Origin: a virus
Lineage: Duplodnaviria > Caudoviricetes
IMG/VR virus record: IMGVR_UViG_3300020473_000029
Span: 1-61,152 of that record
Length of the DNA: 61,152 nucleotides
Direction: 5' to 3' (one strand)
The position numbers and the translations under genes are program-made. The notes under the pieces are model-generated. The model saw only the letters and a program-made list of their open reading frames with translations. It was not told where the DNA came from and did not search any database. This document shows, one piece after another, positions 8,264-13,885 of this stretch. How positions within the stretch are numbered: position 1 is the first letter of the stretch; every line of letters begins with the position of its first letter.

Positions 8264-8413
8264 ATGGGACAATTTCAAGACCCCACTGATTACACTTTCA
8301 GAACACCCGATGGAAATGAAACCACTTTCAGTGCGTATGATCTTGACACTGCGTTATGTCAAGCACCCCCAAACTCTGAACTTATAAGAGTAAATGGCGA
8401 CACCCGATTTTAG
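8264..8413 (+). CDS. Small hypothetical protein, 49 aa
   Basis: Manually translated MGQFQDPTDYTFRTPDG...; abuts the upstream stop and ends at the next cassette. Confidence 0.65.
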   Translation: MGQFQDPTDYTFRTPDGNETTFSAYDLDTALCQAPPNSELIRVNGDTRF

Positions 8414-8414
8414 T

Positions 8415-8472
8415 GTGCCAATTAAATAAGTGTCACACAAGACCCCCAAAGGGGGTTTTTTATTGGTATTAT
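8415..8472 (+). promoter_or_regulatory. Early promoter/stem-loop cassette 5
   Basis: GTGCCAATT-AAAT-AAGTGTCAC (8415-8436); CCCCC-AAA-GGGGG hairpin plus T-run; TATTAT (8467-8472) 30 bp after the palindrome. Confidence 0.8.
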
Positions 8473-8497
8473 TAAAGAGTACCAAAGGATTTTTTAC

Positions 8498-8677
8498 ATG
8501 AGCACACTTGTAAATGAACAACTCTATGAAACATGCTTTGACGAATCATTTGACGAGTACATGCGTATCAGTGGTTTATCAGGTGATCAGATGAGCGATT
8601 GGATGAGAGTTAATCCGTTCGTTATTGAAAGAATAGAGGAAATGGCATATAAAAAGTTTCAAGACATGTGCCAGTAA
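8498..8677 (+). CDS. Small acidic protein, 59 aa
   Basis: Manually translated MSTLVNEQLYETCFDE...AYKKFQDMCQ. Confidence 0.7.
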   Translation: MSTLVNEQLYETCFDESFDEYMRISGLSGDQMSDWMRVNPFVIERIEEMAYKKFQDMCQ

Positions 8678-8678
8678 T

Positions 8679-8810
8679 ATGATTGACCTCTATGACCTGC
8701 TCACGGATGATGAGTTAGAAACCGTCACCGACATCTTTAAAGAGGCAATGGGTAGAAATAACATTTTACCCGAAATATGGGAACCGATCCTCAAAGTAGA
8801 GACCAGTTGA
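8679..8810 (+). CDS. Small acidic protein, 43 aa
   Basis: Manually translated MIDLYDLLTDDELETV...; stop codon lies inside the next palindrome. Confidence 0.6.
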   Translation: MIDLYDLLTDDELETVTDIFKEAMGRNNILPEIWEPILKVETS

Positions 8811-8857
8811 GAAACTGTCACACAAGAACCCCACGGGGTTCTTTTTTCGTGTATATT
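8800..8857 (+). promoter_or_regulatory. Early promoter/stem-loop cassette 6
   Basis: AGACCAGTT-GAGA-AACTGTCAC (8800-8821); AAGAACCCC/GGGGTTCTT hairpin (8824-8843); TATATT (8852-8857) at 30 bp. Confidence 0.8.
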
Positions 8858-8883
8858 AAGAGAGTCAAAACATTTTTCTTATT

Positions 8884-9009
8884 ATGTTCGTTGATCCACG
8901 GTACGAAGACGAAGCAATCGCAGCACTCATGGAAGAGGCATTGTCAGACTCAGAACAGGAGAAATTTGACATCGAAGCATACTTAGCAGGGGATAAGGAT
9001 TATGCTTAA
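8884..9009 (+). CDS. Small acidic protein, 41 aa
   Basis: Manually translated MFVDPRYEDEAIAALMEEAL...FDIEAYLAGDKDYA. Confidence 0.65.
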   Translation: MFVDPRYEDEAIAALMEEALSDSEQEKFDIEAYLAGDKDYA

Positions 9010-9136
9010 TTATTCGTCATCTATGTATGCTGAGATTGAAAAATACGCAGCAGACTTAGAGATCACTTGCGATTACTACCTATTAGAATTCGCTGATCTT
9101 GAGACCCCTGACCCTGATTCTGACCCTAACTGGTAA
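9002..9136 (+). CDS. Small acidic protein, 44 aa
   Basis: Manually translated MLNYSSSMYAEIEKYAADLEITCDYYLLEF... Confidence 0.65.
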   Translation: MLNYSSSMYAEIEKYAADLEITCDYYLLEFADLETPDPDSDPNW

Positions 9137-9141
9137 CACCC

Positions 9142-9276
9142 ATGAACACAACGATTCGTTATTCATTCCCAAATGATTGTAAATTTCGTTACATGTCATT
9201 CGCTACCTATGAACAGGCACTGAATTGTATAAACCTGTTCAGAAAGATCGAAGTCAAAGCGGAATTGAAAGTTTGA
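9142..9276 (+). CDS. Small hypothetical protein, 44 aa
   Basis: Manually translated MNTTIRYSFPNDCKFRYMSFATYEQA... Confidence 0.65.
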   Translation: MNTTIRYSFPNDCKFRYMSFATYEQALNCINLFRKIEVKAELKV

Positions 9277-9339
9277 AACAAAACTTATTGTTTCAGTTTG
9301 TTACAAAACCCCTATAAGGGGTTTTTTTATTGGTACAAT
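9274..9339 (+). promoter_or_regulatory. Early promoter/stem-loop cassette 7 with a different palindrome
   Basis: TGAAACAA-AACTTA-TTGTTTCA (9274-9295); AAAACCCCT/AGGGGTTTT hairpin (9305-9325); TG-G-TACAAT (9334-9339). Confidence 0.75.
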
Positions 9340-9368
9340 ATGAGAGTACCAAACGAAATTCGTTTTTT

Positions 9369-9692
9369 ATGCCTGTTAAGTCACCTGCTGCCACTCCTAC
9401 AAAAACACGTAAGACACGCACTCGTAAGACTTCAAACAAAAAACCAGTGGCACCTCGTGTTACTGTTACCACTTTCAAAGGTGGTAAAGTGGTTAAAAAG
9501 CAAACCACTCTCAAACGTCCTTCAACTGCACGTCTGATCTCACCTCAAAAATATCTTAAAGATATTTCAACACGGTGGGCAATCCACAATTTTGAAATCC
9601 AAGAACTTTTAAAGGATTTTTCAAAGGGTTTGGATTTCGTCAAACCCTACCATGCACAGGCAGTGAAAACAGTCAAAGCATGGACAGTCTAA
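9369..9692 (+). CDS. Basic K/T/R/P-rich protein (start re-assigned to MPVKSP)
   Basis: ATG downstream of the -10 box; low-complexity basic N-terminal half, helical-looking C-terminus. Confidence 0.75.
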   Translation: MPVKSPAATPTKTRKTRTRKTSNKKPVAPRVTVTTFKGGKVVKKQTTLKRPSTARLISPQKYLKDISTRWAIHNFEIQELLKDFSKGLDFVKPYHAQAVKTVKAWTV

Positions 9693-9738
9693 GAACTGGC
9701 ACACAAGACCCCCACAGGGGTCTTTTTTTATGTATACT
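9681..9738 (+). promoter_or_regulatory. Early promoter/stem-loop cassette 8
   Basis: TGGACAGTC-TAAG-AACTGGCAC (9681-9702); AAGACCCC/GGGGTCTT hairpin (9705-9724); TATACT (9733-9738) at 30 bp. Confidence 0.8.
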
Positions 9739-9763
9739 TAAAGAGTACTAAAGGATTTCTTCC

Positions 9764-10111
9764 ATGCGTAAGATTGAAAGGCAAATGAATTTCGCTATTT
9801 CAAACAAAGGCAACTGGTCTAATTCAAACACTACGGTAGAATATAACGATTCTACCAACTGCTCAACCGTCTTTCTACACGGTAATCGCATTGCTACTTA
9901 CGATCATTCGTTATGTGCAGTAAAGATTTCGTCCTGTGGGTGGTATTCAAACACGACAAAATCACGTTTGAACGCTATTCTCCAGGAAGTCAAATATGGG
10001 TGCTCAATCTTCCAAAAACAGTTTGAGTGGTTCGTTTCGTACCGTGATGACGTTAAAGATTTTTGGGATGGTATGATACTCGTTGATGCGGATCATTTAG
10101 AAATCGCATAG
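9764..10111 (+). CDS. Hypothetical phage protein (LHGNRIA...GW.SNTTKSRLNA motif)
   Basis: 115-aa ORF between two cassettes. Confidence 0.85.
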   Translation: MRKIERQMNFAISNKGNWSNSNTTVEYNDSTNCSTVFLHGNRIATYDHSLCAVKISSCGWYSNTTKSRLNAILQEVKYGCSIFQKQFEWFVSYRDDVKDFWDGMILVDADHLEIA

Positions 10112-10167
10112 ACCAGTTAAGAAACTGCCACACTAAACCCCCGAAAGGGGGTTCTTTCGTTTATACT
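10110..10167 (+). promoter_or_regulatory. Early promoter/stem-loop cassette 9
   Basis: AGACCAGTT-AAGA-AACTGCCAC (10110-10131); AACCCCC-GAAA-GGGGGTT hairpin (10136-10153); TATACT (10162-10167) at 30 bp; ATG only 6 bp later, so the mRNA is probably leaderless. Confidence 0.8.
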
Positions 10168-10173
10168 AATAGT

Positions 10174-11073
10174 ATGAAAAATCTTCACATCGAACACCCC
10201 GAAGACTGCATCCTCACTGGAAACCTTTCCATATTGGATGCGTTTTTTATGCCATTTATTCTTTCGTTAAAGATTGACGGAGCACCCGCAGTCGTTTGGG
10301 GTCGTAATCCTGCCACAGGTAATTTCTTCGTTGGCACAAAATCAGTGTTTAATAAAAGATTAATTAAGATAAACGAATCACATGACGATATTGATAAGAA
10401 CCACAGTGGAATCGTTGCCACTATTTTACATTTTTGTTTTCGTTATTTACCACATACAAATGATATAATTCAAGGTGATTTCATCGGGTTCGGTGATAGT
10501 TTCACTCGTGAATTTACCCCTAATACAATAACATATAAGTTCGTTAATTCTCCGTCGGAAAATATCATTATAGCACCACATACATTGTATCACGCAGAAA
10601 GTGATTTAAGGGATGCAATTTCTTCGCCATTGTTAACAACTTTGGAGGGTAATTCGTTCTGTCGTTTTATACAACCTAAAGCGTATATTCGTGAGGGGGT
10701 TAATAAGATTAAAGGGGTCGTTAATTTCGCTAAGTCGTTATCACAAACCGTTTCTTTCGTAAGTGATAAAGAAGCAACCGTAATTAAGCGTGAAGTTAAC
10801 AAGTATATACGTGAAGGGTTAGAGTTAGTTCCAGAGCGTATTTTAGACGGAAAATATACAAAACTGTTAGAACTCTATATGTTAACAATGCGTATCAAAT
10901 TAGAGGTTCTTCGTTTATGTCGTAATAATGCGGATTTCGATTCGTTTATTGTTAACAACCGTATAGAGGGAGAAGGTTATATTATGCACTCTAATTGTGG
11001 CGTATATAAGTTAATTAATAGAGAGGTATTCTCACACGCTAATTTTACACTTAACTGTGCAAACAGAAGTTAA
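10174..11073 (+). CDS. Ligase-like (KxDG) nucleotidyltransferase-fold protein, function unknown
   Basis: N-terminal HIEHPED; KIDG, QGDF, EGYIM and YKL in the order of covalent nucleotidyltransferase motifs I, III, IV and V. Confidence 0.7.
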   Translation: MKNLHIEHPEDCILTGNLSILDAFFMPFILSLKIDGAPAVVWGRNPATGNFFVGTKSVFNKRLIKINESHDDIDKNHSGIVATILHFCFRYLPHTNDIIQGDFIGFGDSFTREFTPNTITYKFVNSPSENIIIAPHTLYHAESDLRDAISSPLLTTLEGNSFCRFIQPKAYIREGVNKIKGVVNFAKSLSQTVSFVSDKEATVIKREVNKYIREGLELVPERILDGKYTKLLELYMLTMRIKLEVLRLCRNNADFDSFIVNNRIEGEGYIMHSNCGVYKLINREVFSHANFTLNCANRS

Positions 11074-11139
11074 CATATAGGGAATGTGTTTGCCCTTATA
11101 AAAGTTACACTAACCAAACCCCTAATTACATTGATTAAA

Positions 11140-11244
11140 ATGTCAACTAATTTTGCTTATTTCCTTCTAGAAAATGCTAACAATGGCAATGAAATCCTTT
11201 CTGTCCTGGATGATATTGTAGAGGTTGAATATACAGCACTCTAA
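11140..11244 (+). CDS. Small acidic protein, 34 aa
   Basis: Manually translated MSTNFAYFLLENANNGNEILSVLDDIVEVEYTAL; possible -10 TACACT at 11106-11111. Confidence 0.55.
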   Translation: MSTNFAYFLLENANNGNEILSVLDDIVEVEYTAL

Positions 11245-11278
11245 TTGTTAACAACTGTATAAAAACTGAATAACATAT

Positions 11279-11305
11279 AAGGGGTCTAATATGACCCCTT
11301 TTTTT
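11279..11305 (+). terminator. Rho-independent terminator
   Basis: AAGGGGTC-TAATAT-GACCCCTT followed by a T-run. Confidence 0.75.
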
Positions 11306-11367
11306 GTTAACATATAGACCCCTTATATAACCCCCCTTATATGTTAACAACTATATGCCTAATATAC

Positions 11368-11565
11368 ATGATATTATTATAAACAATTACCAGGCATATT
11401 ATATGATATTAAATATAAACAATTCATACACAATATGCATGATATTAAATATAAACAATTAAATCACATATTACACATGCTATATGTGCACAATTAATAT
11501 GCAATATGCTCATATATGATATAAACAATATATGCCTAATATGCATATTTTAAATATAAACAATT
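11368..11565. repeat. AT-rich non-coding array, core TATAAACAATT
   Basis: ATGATATTAAATATAAACAATT exact at 11403 and 11439; variants at 11368, 11516 and 11541. Confidence 0.85.
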
Positions 11566-11757
11566 GCCAGGTAATAATTAAACATTGTTAACATCGCAGT
11601 TGTTTAATTTGTTTTATGTTATTATTAAAAATCAACTACTACCCTAACCTACAAAGTGTTACGGAAGAGAGATATAAATTCCTTTCAATATAAAAAAATT
11701 TCCGAAAAAATTTTTAGTACTATATACCCACAGAAGAAGAAAATGGAAATCCTCACC

Positions 11758-11934
11758 ATGCAAAAAAAATTCGACCATGAAAATACGACTGTAGAGATCG
11801 ATCCAATTTCTGGGGAATATTATACAGTTATACCTGAATGGGTTATTCATGATATGAATTGGTACGAGGGATCCGAAATAAGTTTTGACATTGAATCCGA
11901 TGAAGTTATTATCAGAGACACAGAAGATGAATAG
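11758..11934 (+). CDS. AbrB/MazE-like small DNA-binding protein (start re-assigned)
   Basis: Swapped-hairpin pattern: TVIPEWVIHDMNWYEGSEISFDIESDEVII. Confidence 0.65.
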   Translation: MQKKFDHENTTVEIDPISGEYYTVIPEWVIHDMNWYEGSEISFDIESDEVIIRDTEDE

Positions 11935-12091
11935 ACCCACTTATCACATATACTTGGAGGATAGGTGCTTATTTAAAGATTTGAATGAAACAGAGTTTGA
12001 TATTATATGGGGAAGACTATATCATTCTTACTGGGACGGACTAACATATACCAAAGTAACCGAACCTGAGATGGTAGATGCATCTTATTGA
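11927..12091 (+). CDS. Small hypothetical protein (start MNRPTY)
   Basis: YHIYLEDRCLFKDLNETEF; overlaps the upstream stop. Confidence 0.7.
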   Translation: MNRPTYHIYLEDRCLFKDLNETEFDIIWGRLYHSYWDGLTYTKVTEPEMVDASY

Positions 12092-12116
12092 CATCTACTA
12101 TATAAACTGATATAAT
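12088..12116 (+). promoter_or_regulatory. Consensus sigma70 promoter
   Basis: TTGACA (12088-12093), 17 bp, TATAAT (12111-12116). Confidence 0.85.
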
Positions 12117-12138
12117 TGACGTGTAATTACAAAACGTT

Positions 12139-12900
12139 ATGGCTAAAGGATTTACGGTAAAAGCAAAAACGCCCGTTAAAGCAAAATCCAAAGAACCAGA
12201 GTGGGACTTTGATAAAGCGAGGGAAATGATAAAGGGTAAAAGCATTGTATTTTGCTTACCTGGAAGAAATGTTTCATATACTTTTTTAAAGAACTTTGTA
12301 CAACTGTGTTTTGACATAGTGCAGAATGGAGGAAAGATACAGATATCTCAAGACTATTCATCTATGGTTAATTTTGCAAGATGTAAATGCTTAGGTGCAA
12401 ATGTACTTCGTGGTCCTGATCAGAAACCTTGGGATGGTAAATTACAGTATGATTGGCAACTATGGATTGATAGTGATATTGTTTTTAATACTGAGAACTT
12501 CTATAAGTTAATTCTTATGGATAAGGATATTGCATCTGGTTGGTACTGTACAGAAGATGGAGCAACTTCATCTGTTGCACATTGGATGGATGAGGATGAC
12601 TTCCGTAAGAATGGTGGAGTTATGAATCATGAAACATTAGAAACAATGTCGAAGCGTAAGAAACCATTTACAGTTGATTATGCAGGATTCGGTTGGTTGC
12701 TAATTAAGCATGGTGTATGGGAACATGAAGAGATGAAGTATCCTTGGTTTGCTCCTAAGATGCAAGTCTTTGAATCTGGTGAAGTACAGGATATGTGTGG
12801 TGAAGATGTATCATTCTGTTTAGATGCAATCTCTGCAGGATTTGAAATATGGTGTGACCCACGTATTCGAGTAGGGCATGAGAAAACACGAATTATATAA
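12139..12900 (+). CDS. GT-A fold glycosyltransferase-like protein
   Basis: LWIDSDIVF (DxD), AGFGWLLIK, GEDVSFC and VGHEK motifs. Confidence 0.8.
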   Translation: MAKGFTVKAKTPVKAKSKEPEWDFDKAREMIKGKSIVFCLPGRNVSYTFLKNFVQLCFDIVQNGGKIQISQDYSSMVNFARCKCLGANVLRGPDQKPWDGKLQYDWQLWIDSDIVFNTENFYKLILMDKDIASGWYCTEDGATSSVAHWMDEDDFRKNGGVMNHETLETMSKRKKPFTVDYAGFGWLLIKHGVWEHEEMKYPWFAPKMQVFESGEVQDMCGEDVSFCLDAISAGFEIWCDPRIRVGHEKTRII

Positions 12901-13054
12901 TATTACATTAAAGGGAGGGAAAGTATTATTCTCTGATCTTACTCAGATGGAATACTTCGAGCGTATGGAGGATCTGGCAATTGAATTCTATCAGACAGGT
13001 ACTCCACATCCTAACGACATTGTTACTGAAACTTATCTAGAAAATGGCAACTAA
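12878..13054 (+). CDS. Small hypothetical protein, 58 aa
   Basis: Manually translated MRKHELYNITL...MEDLAIEFYQTGTPHP...; fills the gap. Confidence 0.6.
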   Translation: MRKHELYNITLKGGKVLFSDLTQMEYFERMEDLAIEFYQTGTPHPNDIVTETYLENGN

Positions 13055-13259
13055 ATCAAACATAACCGTTGAAAAGGTTATATCCTATATTAAGGACAAA
13101 TGGCAGGTATTCGGAGTAAGTGCTCTGGTTATCTTTATATTACAGATACTCTCTACAAAACTTCTTGTCTCGGTATTGTTAGGTCTTGGTGTAACCGCAC
13201 TATTACCTTCTGATACTGTAAAGAAGGTTACTAAGAAAGTAAAAGGAGGTACTGAGTAA
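13044..13259 (+). CDS. Small membrane protein
   Basis: Long hydrophobic central segment with a basic tail. Confidence 0.7.
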   Translation: MATKSNITVEKVISYIKDKWQVFGVSALVIFILQILSTKLLVSVLLGLGVTALLPSDTVKKVTKKVKGGTE

Positions 13260-13402
13260 TGGCAAAATCATCTGGAATCAGTGGTGGTGATTTTATTCAA
13301 TCGCCCCCGAAGAAGTCTCGTCAAGGTCGAGGTAAGCATTCAAAATATGCGGCAACGTCCCGTAACTCGCCTCGTAAAAGATATAGAGGTCAAGGAAGAT
13401 AA
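13259..13402 (+). CDS. Small highly basic protein, 47 aa (ends KRYRGQGR)
   Basis: Manually translated; GGAGG RBS, TAATG coupling, followed by a terminator. Confidence 0.75.
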   Translation: MAKSSGISGGDFIQSPPKKSRQGRGKHSKYAATSRNSPRKRYRGQGR

Positions 13403-13407
13403 CCTAT

Positions 13408-13434
13408 AAAGCGTCTCGAAAGAGGCGTTTTTTT
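13408..13434 (+). terminator. Rho-independent terminator
   Basis: AAAGCGTCTC-GAAA-GAGGCGTTT plus T-run. Confidence 0.8.
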
Positions 13435-13452
13435 GTTTTTCTAAATATTGCT

Positions 13453-13460
13453 TATAAATA
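13453..13460 (+). promoter_or_regulatory. T4-type late (gp55) promoter
   Basis: TATAAATA upstream of gp25; exact copies also at 29676, 40972, 52141, 53065 and 58240. Confidence 0.8.
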
Positions 13461-13482
13461 AAGATAAGAAAACTATTGACCT

Positions 13483-13884
13483 ATGGCAATACAACGGGTT
13501 TCTAGGGTATTTAAAGACATTAGTTTGTCTTTTGAACCGCACCCTGTAACAAAAGATCTACCCGTACTCAAAAATGAGAGGGCAATTATTAAATCAGTAA
13601 AGAATCTAGTGCAAACTATTCCTACTGAAAGATTCTTTAACTCATTATTGGGTTCTGAAGTACGTTCGAGTCTATTTGGATTTGTTGATTTTGGTACTGC
13701 AGAAATTATTAAGGATCAAATTGAAACAACTATTGATAACTTTGAACCTAGAGTTGAAAATGCAATATGTGAGGTTGATCCAAACCCTGATGCCAATACA
13801 TTTGAAGTTACTATAAGATTTGATATCATCGGACAAGAGTTTCCTGCACAAGAGTTTTCATTTTTACTAGAAGCAACACGATAA
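13483..13884 (+). CDS. gp25: Baseplate wedge subunit gp25
   Basis: FKDISLSF...NLVQT..TERFF...FEPRV signature; synteny. Confidence 0.92.
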   Translation: MAIQRVSRVFKDISLSFEPHPVTKDLPVLKNERAIIKSVKNLVQTIPTERFFNSLLGSEVRSSLFGFVDFGTAEIIKDQIETTIDNFEPRVENAICEVDPNPDANTFEVTIRFDIIGQEFPAQEFSFLLEATR

Positions 13885-13885
13885 T

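Noticed and set aside
2900-9136. Paralogy between the 2900-3163 (ERLGVAVEQFCEEF) and 9002-9136 (ADLEITCDYYLLEF) proteins
   Set aside because: The similarity is too short to support without a profile search
9290-9304. NtcA box upstream of cassette 7
   Set aside because: Ends in TAC but lacks GTA at the N8 spacing
7739-9537. Track ORFs 8190-8387, 8777-8986, 9293-9514, 9298-9537 and the 5' extensions at 7739 and 9330
   Set aside because: They run across promoter cassettes or overlap better-coupled short ORFs in other frames
594-10167. True integron attC sites
   Set aside because: No GTTRRRY/RYYYAAC core boxes in attC geometry and no tyrosine recombinase in the window; fixed spacing to -10 boxes favours a regulatory role
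11368-11565. CRISPR or late-promoter call for the TATAAACAATT repeats
   Set aside because: Units are degenerate with 13-14 nt gaps; the core mismatches TATAAATA and no ORF follows directly
11656-11940. 5' extension of the AbrB-like ORF from 11656 and its antisense ORF
   Set aside because: The extension runs through A/T tracts with no protein-like content; the antisense ORF is a shadow
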